Source: Rhizophagus irregularis (taxonomy: Eukaryota). Taken from it: a DNA stretch of 64,000 bases. Of this stretch, positions 13,874-28,074 are shown one piece after another (position 1 is the stretch's first letter; each line of letters begins with the position of its first letter). The DNA is taken from contig NC_089434.1 in NCBI RefSeq assembly GCF_026210795.1, positions 3,720,001 through 3,784,000 on the forward strand. Direction: 5' to 3'. Both the position numbers and the translations under genes were made by a program. The notes under the pieces are model-generated. The model was not told where the DNA came from. It searched no databases and saw nothing but the letters and a program-made list of their open reading frames with translations.

Positions 13874-14327
13874 AATATTTAATTTATGGTGCAGTGCTCG
13901 TTAAAAAAAATTAGTTAAATAAATGAAATAAAAAATTGCATTTTTTTATTTTTTCTAAAATAAATAATGATAAATACTCACGCAATACAACATTGATATG
14001 AACATATACAAGTCATATGATCACATTTGTCAATTTTTTCAATATACATACAACGACAGGGCATTTACAAAAATAAGCTTCGGGTGGCAAAGTCTATATT
14101 AATCGCAAGTTTGATTTTCGTTCCAGATAACTTTATATTAAAAAGTATACATTTAATTCATATATTTACTCTTTTATTTAGTTCTAATTTTTGTTTATGA
14201 AGCTTGTGATGCGAGTTCATGCCATAATTGCAAAGAATCACCAGTTTAATTATTTATAGTTAGTTTCTTTTGAATACAATACTAAAACAAACATCCGTGG
14301 TAAAATTCTGTAACTATTGACGAAAAT

Positions 14328-14628
14328 ACCGGTCAAAACAATCAGTAAGTTGCACGGTACGACGGACGTCTTTGTGTGACATTATTATTTATTAACCGAC
14401 GTAAGTAACAACACCGATGACCAACTGATTATATAGAAAACATGTAGCGTACGGTGAGCTATGTATGTACGTATAGTGGTCAATGTATGGCAACGTCCGG
14501 TATACATCACCCTACAGTATACATCACTGCATGGGCTGACTACTTGATCGACCGATATCAGTCGCAGTCATGATCGGTTAATGACCGTGTAATCATAACA
14601 GACTTATATCGACTTATATTTTGCAGTA
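14328..14628. mobile_element. Truncated TIR-element remnant (possibly CMC/CACTA-like), one end only
   Basis: Relatively GC-rich island with internal repeats ending ...tattttgcagta. No partner end was found. Confidence 0.35.
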
Positions 14629-15641
14629 AAAGCGAGCTTTTTTTCATTTCAATGTAACCTAATTATGTAATTACATGTATAATAAATTCTAGTATAATTA
14701 AGTTTGATGAATTTATTTAATCGAAAAATAAAATATATATGTATTGTTCATAAGGATTTTTCCTTTTCTGAAAAAAAGTTAGTGTAAAATTATTTCCTGT
14801 CAGCTATTATTTATAATCTGCTTTTGATTAATAATTAGATTAAAATGATAGCGCACAGTATTTTACGATCTGAATATTCTTGTAGTAAGACACGCTTGCT
14901 TAATTGCTTTTAACGTTAATAAGCGTAGATAATTATGCCATAGCATGACAATTTATCATTTTAAAGGTAGATATTTAAGGTCTACCTACATTGGCATGCG
15001 CGTTAACCTTATGATACCATTTACAGGTAAAGATATGGTTATCTTTTGGAATATTATTCCAATCATGCAACGGATGATGCGAGTTGGATGTGCACTGTTT
15101 CTAAGGCAATTCCTTAAATATAATTATGGTTCGTTTTTTAAAAAGTACCTTTTTGCAACTTAAAGACCTAAAAATAAAAAGAAAGAAAATTAGAAACAAA
15201 GAATATAAAACAAAAACAAAAAAAAAGAACAAAAAATATACCTTTACCGCAAACTGAAAAACCTAAAGACATAAAAGAAAGAAAAGAAATTAGCAACATG
15301 AAGCAAAAAAGAATCAAAAATACCTTTTTGCTGCAGAACCAAAGAACATAAAGAACTAAAAAAAACAAAAAATCATACCCTCCATCACTAAAGAAAAAAA
15401 TTGTATGACTTATCGTGAAAGTATAATGTCCTCCGTTTCGCTCCGAAAATAATATAAAGAAAATTAAATCACATTAATCACATTGAAATTCCAATAGAAA
15501 TAATAAATTAACCTCCATAATCCATACATGGTGCGATTTGTGCGTGCAAATGCTAATATTACAATCAACATAAACAAAATGAACAGAAGTATAGTTTCGA
15601 AAATAATTACGACATGATAAATATAGAATTTTTCTAACTAT

Positions 15642-15754
15642 CACCGGGGTGATGATCACCGGTGACTGAAATTATAACGATCGACCAGCATTAAAAAAAT
15701 ATAGTGCCGGTAAAAATTGATAATTCTGGCCAACGGTTATAATCACCCTCGGTG
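15642..15754. mobile_element. Small MITE, CACCG...CGGTG termini, 2-bp TSD AT (CMC-like)
   Basis: caccggggtgat / atcaccctcggtg TIRs, flanked by AT on both sides. Confidence 0.6.
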
Positions 15755-16309
15755 ATTTGAAGTAAAAAACATAAATATATAATATCTATCAAATAAGTTA
15801 ATTTGTTATTTTAAATTTATCTTATTTTTACAATCAAGGAAATTGAGAACGAAATCGATATTTCCACAATTAACACCAGTGTTAATTTTTGTAGCTTTCC
15901 CAAACTATTATTAAATTGAAAAATTTTTAACCATTATTGACATTATTATCCTGAGTGTTAACGAAGGACATTCAATTGTTATGTATACAGAGATCTGTAA
16001 CCCATGCAATTTTCCTTTCCATCCACTTTGATTTCACTTCTAATGATAATCATGTTGATTGCTTTTATGAGGTAAGAATTTTTTTTGCCAATTTCGTAAA
16101 AAAAACTTATCTCTTAATAGTTAATCTTTTCAGCGAGCGATGAATATGAAGATGTGAATACAAGAAGGGATAATGATAAGTAAGAGAATTATTTGTAAAG
16201 ATTTTTTAAAAAAATCTATTCTTACAAAATTTAAGAAATTAGAATGAGCACTAAAAAATTTATACTTTAGTAATAAGATGGTGCAAAGTTATAAAATTGA
16301 TTTTCATAT

Positions 16310-16593
16310 CCCGGTCGGGACTAGATTCTAAATTATGAGCTACGTACTCAAATTTAAGACACAAGTGGAACATGTGATGATGATCAATCAGAAAAATTTT
16401 GATTGGCCTTCAAATGACAGTTGGTGTGTGATCATCAGGTGACTCAATTTGAGTCTCTTCGAAAATCGCAAAGTTCAGAACGGTTTTTATGATTAAAAGT
16501 AGTTTTAAGCCCAAGAGATCCAGAATCTTTTAAATTTAAGATCGGTTCCAGAATCGACTCGAGTCGAATCATTTTGAACCGATTCCATCCCTA
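16310..16593. mobile_element. hAT-like MITE remnant (right end ...ccgattccatcccta)
   Basis: The right end matches the TAGRG-type termini of the intact hAT MITEs in this window. The left end was not recognised. Confidence 0.4.
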
Positions 16594-16972
16594 GACAGTG
16601 AAACATGATTCCAGAAATTGTAACAAGGTAACAACCTTTGTAACGTAATAATTGACGTATATATTGGATAAAAATTTCAGCTTAAATTAAGAATATAGTT
16701 GGGATAAATTATCGCAATTTAAATAGAGGAAATGATGTGTAAATTTATTATAATTTATTATATAATTTTATTGATATATACTATAAGATTTTACAACGCT
16801 ATTTTCGAAACTACTGCGTCTCATTACTACAATTTTAAGAAATCTTGTAAAAAAAAAACCTTACTTAAATATTAAACTTTATACAAACAATATATTATAT
16901 TTATATGATGAAAAAATTACTTTTGTTTTAGTAAAATTTAAAGATTTAACCTATGATTCATTATAAAAATTA

Positions 16973-17941
16973 TTAACTTACAAATTCAAAATCAGTTTTT
17001 AACCACCCGGTTTGTGTAAACCACTCCCATAATTTGCTAGATTTATTGACATCTATTGGCAGATGTCTTTGTGCGTCACTCTTACGAAACGGGAATGATC
17101 GTTGCGAGTAACCTCTTGCAGATGAAATTAAAATGAATTTGGATGTTAAATATTGAAGAGGTGTGAGACGTAAAGTTGAAACCACGAGAGCTTCTTTTGG
17201 ATGTAATAGATTGCGATGAATTAAATTTCCTATAAACAGGGGGTTCCCTTTCCATGTGATGTTAGGTGTGATATGTTCAAGTATATCTTGATCAAGGTTT
17301 AGCTGTGCAATTTTCTTCATCAAATCTTCAATTTTCATAGAAGGAGCAATTGGTATACGAGTTGGTTTGACCTCTTCTGCCACAGTCGTAGGAGCTATAC
17401 CACTATTCGTCATAGCTCTATAAAAACTATTTCCTTTACCTCTTTTTTTATATAAAATTTGTTTTTTTGAACTTGCTTGTTTAGTCTTCGATTTAATTTT
17501 GAATTTCTTTGCTTCTTTTTTAGATGTAATTTTTGTTTTAGTTTTGTCGGTACGATTCTTTGGTAATGGTGGAGTATATGATATATATTTTACGCCGGAC
17601 GAACTGTAATTAATTGATGATGATTTTGAGGATGTCATTGGTGAATCATTTCGAATTAAATCTTTTGATGGTGTATATCCGCCATTTTGTGTTGAACCGT
17701 TTTTTAAAGCGACATTAGAAACACCGGATTTATTTTGTAACGTTTGTTCATTTTTAATTACTGAACGCCTAATCAATTCTAGTAACTCCGGCGGTGCATC
17801 GCAAATTCTCATTCTATATTTTGATTTGGTGACATGTTTTTCATTTTTGTTATTAATCGATGGTTGTGGTGAAGGAGGATGCGTAAAAGATTCGACGTCC
17901 TTGGTAGTAGTAGGAACTTGCATTAATGAATTTGAAGACAT
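16973..17941 (-). CDS. SWIRM-domain protein (Fun19/YOR338W-like), 322 aa
   Basis: Single-exon ORF. The C-terminus LHPKEALVVSTLRLTPLQYLTSK...FRKSDAQRHLPIDVNKSSKLWEWFTQTGWL matches the fungal Fun19-type SWIRM signature. The N-terminus is low-complexity and S/K-rich. Confidence 0.9.
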   Translation of the reverse strand: MSSNSLMQVPTTTKDVESFTHPPSPQPSINNKNEKHVTKSKYRMRICDAPPELLELIRRSVIKNEQTLQNKSGVSNVALKNGSTQNGGYTPSKDLIRNDSPMTSSKSSSINYSSSGVKYISYTPPLPKNRTDKTKTKITSKKEAKKFKIKSKTKQASSKKQILYKKRGKGNSFYRAMTNSGIAPTTVAEEVKPTRIPIAPSMKIEDLMKKIAQLNLDQDILEHITPNITWKGNPLFIGNLIHRNLLHPKEALVVSTLRLTPLQYLTSKFILISSARGYSQRSFPFRKSDAQRHLPIDVNKSSKLWEWFTQTGWLKTDFEFVS

Positions 17942-20900
17942 TCTTCTTTCGATAAAAAAAAAATAATAATAAATAAAATTGGTAATAATTTATTTATTTG
18001 TAAAAATAAGGAAAAAAAAAATATTTGGAATTTTTTTTTAATTTTTTTTTTAAAAGAATTCACATTTTTTATATATGAAATTTTCGGAGTTAAAGATAAA
18101 ATTGTATCCGATTGATTATTAAAGAATTAAATGAAAGAATCGAATATTACTTTTTTTTTTTTTAAGGAATTGTCTGTTATTATAATTCATAGTTGTTTTT
18201 TTTTTAAAAAAAAAAAAATTTATAATTCATATTTGTTTATTTGTTTTAAGAAAGTAAAAAAAAGAAAGAAAAAAAAAAAATTTTTTTTTTATACTGCATA
18301 TACTGCATATACGTAAATACGTTATATACCCTATATCAAGATATATATATTGTAAAATAAAATTTAGGTTTTTTTTTTGTTTATTAAATATTTGAACGAA
18401 AAAAAAAATTTTACAATACTCTTATATATAATGTCAATCATCATACATAAAATTCGGTGTGTGACAGCAAAAATTAATTCAATACTGTGATATATCGCGA
18501 ATAAAATAAATAATATTCAGTTTGTAAAAAAAAAAGGAAAGGAAAAAAAAGGAAATTCCGATCCGAAGTTGATTGTTTTAAACAAATTAGAGATAATAAA
18601 AAGCATTTAATGTAACATATAAACGTATTAATTATATATTATAACTTCTCAACATTCTACACTTTCTATATAAATTCTTATAAAAGCAAGTTCCAAATTT
18701 AATATACAGCATTTCGGCACAATACAAATGATACTGTATGCATTATGTAAATTAATATAGGAATTTCTGTATAAATCACATACTGCGCCAACATATTCAA
18801 AATATTTTCAATGAGTGAGAGATAAGGAGATTTATTCCTTACGGAATTTGAAGTTTTTATTTTAAATATACAAGCGTAATTGTTTGTGAAATATGCAACA
18901 TTACAAAGATTAAAAATGGATTAATCCATTTGGGAAACGATAAACGTTAAGTATGATAATCGGAGATCGGAACGACTTTCAAGGATTTACCATTTATGAA
19001 AATATATCAGTGCCACAAATTCCCATTTTTAAACAATTCTTAATTGAACATTTTAACAATTAATTAAACTATTAAAGTAATGAATAACGAATTAAAAAAC
19101 CCCAGAATTATTTTAACCCCTAAATTATTTATAGAAAATCACCATAATAGCCCCCAAAATTGATGTTTAGTGATAAAAATTTTTATAAATGGGTGCTTCT
19201 AAATGATATTCCAAAATTGGCTATCTTTTTTATCAAATGATTAACCAAATTTGTTAAATTCTAATTTTTTTTTTTTATGTTTGTTTTGGAAAAGATCAAA
19301 TAACGATCACTAACGAATCCGACTAATGTTACTCAATAAAGCTTTTACAGTATACCAAAAATTTGATATTAAAAGAAAAGCTTGACAATTTATTACTATA
19401 AAATTATTATAACTTAGTGAATAATATTATTATCATTATACGGAATAAATTACCCCGTCCACTGCTGTACTCTGAACTTTAAAAATAAAAAAAAAAGTTT
19501 TTTTTTTATCTTTAAATTTTATTTTTGTAATGAAATCAGATAATATCTTTGCCCCCAAAAATTTTTAATTACATGACACAAAAGAAAAATCGTTTATACT
19601 GTCTTATTTTATTAATAGAAAATGGAAAATATAGAATTGTTCATGAAATAATCATTAACAAACTTTTTTTTTCCAGGTATGGAATATAATATGTATCATT
19701 AAATTTCATTATGTTTCAGATATTCTTAATAAGGAAATCTATTGTTATTTTTTTTATCATCTTGGAACAGTTGATTTTCTCCTTTCACTCATTAGTATGA
19801 TAATATTATGTACGAAAAAACATCAGTATTTTTGAAATATCAACGTAAACGGGAACATCCATTTTTTATAAATCGTATTTTTATCAAATATTTTTTTTTT
19901 TTAAATTATAAAAATCATCGCTTAATCAAAATGTTGATCTACATTAATGATCCAAAGGTAATCAGCGGCTCAGCAGGTCTGTGTGTGTAACCGTTTTGAG
20001 AAGAATTAAAACACAAGAGTTTTATTTTAATTGTTTCCGTATTCAGGAAACAAATATACCGTAAATTTTAATTGTGGCTAGTGAACAAAGGTATCTTATT
20101 ATATGCATTCGGATTATTTGTTTTTCTTCTTAAACTTGTTTTCCTTAAATTTGAAACATTCAACTTCTAAATATGTACACAAGAAATTAAAAAAACACTA
20201 TTGCCTACATTATAAATAGAACCGTAAAAAAAGTGTAAAATTCCAATTGAAAACATTTAGAAAAAAAAAAAATACTTTCCAATTTATTCATTATAAAAAA
20301 TGGAGCGACTTTATATAAAACAAACTTTTCGCTTATCATTCTAAATAAAAATTTTCGTACTATACAACATATACTGTAAATCGTATCGACGAAATTATCA
20401 AACATAATGTTTGATAATTTCGGCACGATATATACGATATCTATATCGTTAATATCCAATCATTTAAAATATAACACCAATTTGAATAATTTCCATAATT
20501 TGAAGTTATAAATTCCGAAGCAACATGTTATATACACGGACAAACATTTACAATTTAGATTAATAAAATTTATTCTTTCTTGACTCACAAATGTTCTTAC
20601 AATTAGTACAATTTTATTCACTATTATATATAAAGAAATACTGTAGTAAATAGTATTAAGACCAGCTAATACACTACCATACCTATAAAATAACTCCGAT
20701 AAATGACCATTTTTCTAGTTTATTCCGAAAAAAACTCATATTAACTAATAGTTTTTGATTTTACAATATTTCTAAAATTAATCTATTAATAATTATTTCA
20801 TGATATTAAATTATTTGAGACGAAAATAAAATATATAAAATGTTTTTTCTTTAAAAAAAAAAAAATTTGTTATGTGATCGCATTCTCTCGTAGTCAATAA

Positions 20901-22559
20901 AATCGTGCCAAAGCAATTAACAATTTTCTTAAAAATTTTGGCCTTAATCAAATTTTATAATTAAACATGTTCATAACCATTTCCAAATGCAGCGAAATTG
21001 ATTCTTCAACATTAACACCGAAATTCTAAAAATTCTTGAAAACCTCCTTTCAAATCAAAATATTCGGTATTTTGATCACGGTCACGTGAAATCGGATAAA
21101 TCACTTATTCAACACTCGAATCGTTGGACTAATTGCCGATACGGTAATTGCAAATCTTAGAAATCTTAGGGTAATACAAAGCATGTTTCGGAAAGTTTAT
21201 TTAGCCGACCTTATTGCGAAATTTCTCTGGCCAACTTGCATACTATTATTATTTGTATAATCTGTATCATTTGTACTATCATGAATTATGAATTCAGAAA
21301 CAATGAGCAATCATATAAAGAAATTAATTACAATAATCCTTTGTAATGGCGGATAATAAAGTTTTAAAATTGTTTTTATCTTTAATTATACAACGGGGTA
21401 TGTTTGACTTACTAAATTTTCGTTTATTTCAAATTATATTTTTGTTGGTGCGTATAAAACCCTTGGAATAATTTGATTTCACATGGGTGTATATCATGTA
21501 TATCACACAATCACACAAAGCCACAATACGTTAATATGGTCAATCGTGCTACCAAAAGATTACGTAGTATAATACTCTTGAATCATAATCTAATGATAAA
21601 CCCGTATTATTCATTTTTATTTTTTTTTCACACGTACTGAAAGTATATATATACTTCCAGATCCTCTCTTGCAAACCTTTTTTCTCAAAACTAAACTTGC
21701 TTATTATAACTGATAGTCTGATAATTGTTTGCGGATTATTACCTTTAGTTAGCCTGATACGCAAACTTATAAATTTCGAGTAAAAATTATACTTTTAACT
21801 ACGTCCGCGAAAATTTTAATTAACAACTGAGGTTCCTCTCTTCAAACTATTAACGTTTAAAGACTGAAAATGAAAAATATAAAAAACTTATACAAAAAAC
21901 AACGACGTGCGTGGTTGGGCGAAAATAATGAGTGTTTTCGATCAAAAGACGTCTTGTAGAATGGTAAATTTTAGAGGCCAGGATGAAGAATCTACTAATA
22001 AAAATACCGAACTTGAAGAACAAGAAGAAGATAACGAAATTCCGAAAAAAAACTAATGTAAAAAAATTCAAAGAACAAATTAAAACGCCAATTAGAATAT
22101 ATTTCGTAGTTGAAGATCATGAAATTTTTAGGTAGATCGATCCATGTAATTCCACATGGATTAGTTCGGAAATATGTGAAATTCCATACATTCCCATATA
22201 TCTTATGCCGAATTTTGTGGATCTACGCCGAAAATACCACGTGATTTGTCACAGGATTTGGAAAATATTCTAACTATTCGGATTTCCAACAATATTCGAT
22301 GTGGATTTCCATGTGGATTTTTAGTGGAAAAAATTCCTGATGATAACCCTAGATGAGGTTCAAATGTCAATCGATAATTTCGAGAAGTTGTATATGATGT
22401 GAAATAGTGTATGATGTGAAATAGATAAAATGGAAATTGATAATCAATGAATCAAATCCAAAAGACGAAGTAAGAATAAAAAAAATAATTAAAATTTTAT
22501 TAAATATTAATAAATATATTTAAAATATATACAGTATATTTGTTAGGAATTGTGAAAAA

Positions 22560-23800
22560 AGAAAGTAACGTTGAATTCTATGATCAAGTAATTACTTTGC
22601 CAGAAGCAGAGGAGCGATTTGAAATGATGCAATTTCCAAGAAACTCTGAGGCTTTGAAAATTTGCTTATCGTGTTTAAGCACACCCGTGCAACAACAATA
22701 TGGATTAAAAATCTGCTAATCATCATTATCGTCATTGTTGTCATTCGATTTCTCTTACCGATTGTTATCATAACCTAATTCTTCATCATTATTATCATCT
22801 GCACGGTTTGTATTGGTTGCTGTACTTTTGGATTCCAATTTTTGCAATATTCATCGACGTATCTCTTGCAAGAAAAAGACAGACAAGAAGATAGCACACC
22901 AATATCAAATGTAATATTATACAATTCCCTTATTTAACCCTTTATTCATAAAAAAAATCATTATTAACATTATTAACAAGAAGAATTAAAAAGAATTATG
23001 CAAAAAAAATTCTCCTTTTACGGTAAATAAAAAACACTTAACATGTCTTGTCTGGCTGTATATTTAATACACTTAGCAAATAAGCATGTGAGACAGAAAT
23101 TTTCTGAAAAAATTTAAATTTATGTTTAATGAATAATATATGAATAGAAAAATACCGAAAATAGATAATATAATAATTCTGCCATACAGACGTGTATGAT
23201 GATTGATGACGCCAATTGATTTTCACCAAAAATCAAAAAATAAATACAAGAGTCGGCGTGTGCATTATGGAGTTGGTGATCCCAGTGATTTTATTCTGGT
23301 GCTTTCACACCTTGCTTGAACCATTGAGCTAATACTATAAGGCTGTAAGGTTATAAAATTGAAGTGTGTTGTATGAATGCGTATTCACAGATTTGGAGAT
23401 ATTATAAGGTTGTTTTGAACGAAGTAAATATTCATTTAAATTTACGATCGCAGCGATGTTCCAAATCTTCAATTATTTATGTGTCAATAAGGTTCTTAAA
23501 TGTTTCATTATCGGCAAAATTTTCTTATAAACTTAACGGTTCGTGTCACAAATATATTTATTTATTGCTTTCTCACTTTAAGTAGTAGATACTAAAAGAT
23601 GAACTTATGACATGGATCAAGAACATTTTTCCAATAAAATAAAATAAATTAAATTACTTACTTTTACAACTTATATTTATTAATAAATTAAAACTTACCG
23701 GAAATTATCTGCTTTTTTACTGTATTCCAGAATCTTCTTAACCGAAGTTGTAACCTATTCAGCATTGTGATTGCATCAATATACAAGAAAAAAAGATCAG
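22560..23800 (-). pseudogene. Decayed coding relic of unknown type, probably TE-derived
   Basis: Broken minus-strand frames (YSISSMVQARCESTRIKSLGSPTP; LQKLESKSTATNTNRADDNNDEELGYDNN; DKQIFKASEFLGNCIISNRS) with stops and an intron-like donor near 23698. Confidence 0.35.
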
Positions 23801-25125
23801 ATTTTATTTTTTTGTAATTACACTTTAATATGGTTTGTGGTTGACTTTATAATATTTGTTTCTTGAAAAGAATAAATTCATGAAAATCCTAGATTATATC
23901 TCTATATTTTAACAAAAAATTTTTTGGGGTATTCGCAGTCGATGAATGTACGAATAAAAATGGGGTAGATCAAAAAAAAAAAAATTTCTGTCCAATGTTG
24001 AATTCAACATATCAAACACGTGACATAATGAACTCGTAAAGATGAATATAAATTAATATAATAAAATCCAATATTAACGTTGCGGGCTATTTAAATATCA
24101 TTTTTAACGAGATAATAATTCGCATAAAGTATTGCAAAAAAAAAAAAAAAATTATAAAAACATTAATAATATAGCTCTAACAAAAATACTTTGTGTTGTT
24201 CACAAATTTGGACTCGACACACGCAATCAATTATAATTTTGGCGCAGTTGCATGATGGTTTTACAAATCCGGATTCAACATGATTTCTATTTTTGGCAAA
24301 ATTTACATCATTATATATAATCTCTCCAATAATATATTTTATATCAAAAAGAAAGAAGACTATTATTTTAGATCAGGACTACTTAATTAGGAGTTGTACA
24401 GGTTATTTAATAAATAAGATTTATTAGATTATGCACGATATAACGTAATTAATTAAATAAATTTGTATGATTTTTGGGTTTTTTTTCTACAGCGAAATGC
24501 AGTTACATCAAAATATATTGTAAGACCTTCAGAAAACACCAAAGCATGTGAGAAATGACTGGCTATTTACGTTTTTGTTAAATTTAGTTTTCCTCCGGAA
24601 TCCCGAAAATGTCAAAGTTCATATTTTTCTTATTAAAGATCAATATAGGGGTTAAGCGTATTATTATTTATCATGCTTCGAATCGCAAAATGCGTCAGAA
24701 AAAAATTTTTGTAGAACCTTCTAAAATTTTTTAAATGAAATGATTGGTTCTTTTAAACAAAGAAATATTATTTTTATCGATCGAAAGTTTTTCAACATAG
24801 ATTCGTACAAAATTTATTGGATAGCGCATTTATTTTGACTTAACCCTAGTCCTCTTTTTTGTATAGTATATTGTATGTATATATATTGATATATATTGTA
24901 TAATTTTAATCCAAAAAAGTATTTATAATGATACATCTGGCCATCTGCAAATATTCTATTATATTCGGTCCTTAAAATTCTCGCTGTATACCCTAAAATA
25001 AGAGGCTTCTATTCTAAATCTGTTACTAAAAAAATTATATATAAGTACGATATCAAAACAATTATTCATATTAAAAATTTCTTTACCTAAATAAATATCA
25101 TCCTTATATTCTCAATAAAAAAATA

Positions 25126-25890
25126 ATGAAAGAAACAAAAAAAACTTTAAATCATCTAGAATTTTTAAAAATAAAGAATAATCCGCCATGTAAGTTAAAC
25201 ATGAATATTGATAATTTATTACGAGATAGATACAACAATAATTCGTATAACTTATATCAACGAAATGTATTGGCGCGGCTTAATAAAAAGGGTTGCGGTA
25301 GTAAATCAAAGAAAATGTGGAAAGAAGAGTCCGAAGAAATAAAGAAGTTCTTTAAAATTTTGGCGATTGAAGGAAATCGCAGATTCAAATTAAGAAACCC
25401 AAAATCGCCATCGACGCAACCGCCACCACAACCACCAAAAAAGAAATTACCGTTACTATTACCACGTCCACCATTGACCCAACCATATGTTTATTACCAA
25501 CCTCACTCATATGAATATTATCAACCACAACCATTATCTTCACCAGTCGAATACTGGAAAATGCACAAACTATCAGATGAGTCGCAGTATCAACCACAAC
25601 AACTACCGATACACTGCGTATCAGCAGTAACACCACTTCTATTTCAACCACAACTGCAACCACAACTGCATCCGCAATTGTCAACAATACCGCCGCAACC
25701 ATTGCCACAACAATATGTAAATTACCAACAGTTATTACACGAAGATAATCAGTCACTGGATGACTCCTGGTTCCCAGATGAATTTCATTTACCGATATCA
25801 CAACCACTTCCAGAGCTACTTCTAAATAATGAACACGAACAGCCACAGTCACCATTAGCATTTGATGTTTATTTTAACGATCTTGATTAA
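25126..25890 (+). CDS. Divergent HMG-box (MATA-HMG-like) protein with P/Q-rich C-terminus, 254 aa
   Basis: PPCKLNMNIDNLL...NSYNLYQRNV...KKMWKEESEEIKKFFKILAIEGNRRFKLRNP fits the AMF MATA-HMG layout (helix-3 W-x-x-E-x-x-E-x-K-x-x-F). A probable 3'-UTR intron lies at ~25912-25991. Confidence 0.8.
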   Translation: MKETKKTLNHLEFLKIKNNPPCKLNMNIDNLLRDRYNNNSYNLYQRNVLARLNKKGCGSKSKKMWKEESEEIKKFFKILAIEGNRRFKLRNPKSPSTQPPPQPPKKKLPLLLPRPPLTQPYVYYQPHSYEYYQPQPLSSPVEYWKMHKLSDESQYQPQQLPIHCVSAVTPLLFQPQLQPQLHPQLSTIPPQPLPQQYVNYQQLLHEDNQSLDDSWFPDEFHLPISQPLPELLLNNEHEQPQSPLAFDVYFNDLD

Positions 25891-27259
25891 TACATCCGCA
25901 ATAAATATCTGGTAAAAATTATTTATTTATTATTGATTTAGTGGCAATTGTAATTATCTTAATATAATAATATGTTTTAATATATGATTAGATATATGAT
26001 CAGAAGGAATTAACCTCAACATACACTACAACGTCGTATTGTTGTATTCGTAATAATACCGTCACAACTCTATTTTTTATCGTCATTTTGTATTTCGTCA
26101 GTTTTTTCATCGTTTTTGTAATAATCATCATTTAAATCTTCACTTTCGTTATCTTCGTAAATTTTTTTATCATCTTTATTATCGGCTTTTCATTGTTCGG
26201 TGATACGCACCATTACAATACAGGAATATAAAAAAATTGGGATATGAGATATGACATAATTTTATAGTGACTAATTAACAATTCTATTTTCTGAAATTTT
26301 CTTACAAAAAAAAAAAAATTATATAAAGCCATGGGTGGGTACTAGTTGAAATCTTAAGCCATATAAGTTATAAGTTATAAAGTCATATAAGTAATATAAG
26401 TCACATAAGTCTTAAGTCTAACTCTAAATAAAAACTCCTTTTTTTATTTGTAATTTCATTTTTATATTTGAGATATTTTATATTTAAATTATTATTTATA
26501 ATTAATACCTGATATCGACTTTCATATTTTATTTTTACAGTTTTTTAGCACAGTATGTGCGTGATAGTTTGATGAATGGTAAAGCTATTTCTATTGGAAC
26601 AGTTAGTAGAGTAATAAAATATCTTTCTATTTTTAATAGGAAATTTTTAGTTCTATTCAGTCCATTCCTGAATGATTTTTTTTTAACTTAAATTAGCAAA
26701 TCATGATTTTTTTACATTATAATCTGCTTTAAGTTCAATTTTGACTAGGATCATATTCTTATTGATGTGAGTTCATATAAGCATGTAACGTTTGGTAACA
26801 TGCATTGATTTATTGCGCTTTTCAAAATTGTGCTACCCTCTTATAGATCATCTGATAAAAAATTTTTAGATTACAGGACAAAAATCGGACAATGTTGTCC
26901 TGTAATCGTCCCGTAATCGTCCTCACTCAGAAATCACAACGTACACAGAATTCTGAAAACTGCGATAAATAATTTTGCAATTTTTATTTTATTTATAAAT
27001 TTATATATATATATATATATTATATTATGTGAAGACTTTAAATTTTACGTTAAAAAATGGTACTAAGTACTGTTGGTACGAATTGAATTGTACCTGTGAC
27101 GATCTTATAACTGTACCCACATCTGCATCGTACCTGTACCAATTAAATATATAATCTTTTTTTCCTGGTGATGCTACAGACTACCAAGATATACGTAGAT
27201 TAAAATTGATTGAAATAAGAACAATTGAACTGAGAATAAAACAAGACAAAAAAATTATA

Positions 27260-27960
27260 CATTTTATTTATTTTTTATTTATTTATTTATTTTTTTTTTA
27301 CAATATATATTAACAAATAAACAAAAAAATTTTTTAGGTAATTATAATCAACCAGAGATCGGAGCGCCACCTATAAGACCAAGATTTACTGTCAAATCAG
27401 AAAATTTTATTATTGTCTGCAAAAATGATCTTAATCCAATACGGTTTAGAAGAGAATAATTACCAGCCACAATAAATATTTTCTTTTAAGACCATGGCAC
27501 AGTGGCACACTATACATATTCGGCTAATATATTTACCATATTTGCAGACATTTTGAAAGGTGCCATTGAAATTGTCAGATTAATGTACAAAATTTTATTC
27601 TCTCGAAAATACAGTAGGTTTAAATGATCAAGAAAAAAACCTTTCCGTAATTTATTTCTATTTGATGTATTTCATGCGAGTCGGCGAAAATAACAATACA
27701 AGAGAATTTAGAGTACTTGGTAATTTTCCGTGCTCGTTTTTGATACTTTAAAAGTGCACTTTTATTTGCTAAATGGATTACAAAGAGTGATATTATGTTT
27801 AGTAAATCAAATATTACTTTACTCGTTTTTGATATAGTTCTAGGGTAAGAGATTAATTTTATTATTTGATTAAATTGTTTTTGGGTAATTTTATAGCTCA
27901 AAATTATTCACTTTTTTTAAATATATTTACACAGGTGAACTTGACTTAGAAAAACATCTA
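27260..27960 (-). mobile_element. Possible non-LTR retrotransposon 3' relic
   Basis: An A/TAAA-rich tail on the minus strand at ~27260-27300, preceded by decayed frames (ITQKQFNQIIKLISYPRTISKTSKVIFDLLNIISLF...) loosely resembling post-RT regions of fungal LINEs. No YxDD motif was seen. Confidence 0.35.
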
Positions 27961-28074
27961 GGCGAAATTAATTTTTTTTTTGTGAAGTTAAATTACTCGA
28001 TATTCAGAGGTAAATAGTCTTTTTTTTATTTGTATCCTTTTTTAATAAATAGGAGTTAGTAACTAAATTTCATC

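Noticed and set aside
15830..16250. Exon/intron-like pieces with GTAAG donors
   Set aside because: No continuous frame or recognisable product could be assembled. At most it is a relic.
25385..25861. 158-aa Val-rich minus-strand ORF
   Set aside because: It is the antisense shadow of the CAA/CCA-rich HMG tail.
25126..25890. HMG gene as a mating-type locus
   Set aside because: No flanking TPT/RNA-helicase or homeodomain genes. MATA-HMG genes are a large dispersed family in AMF.
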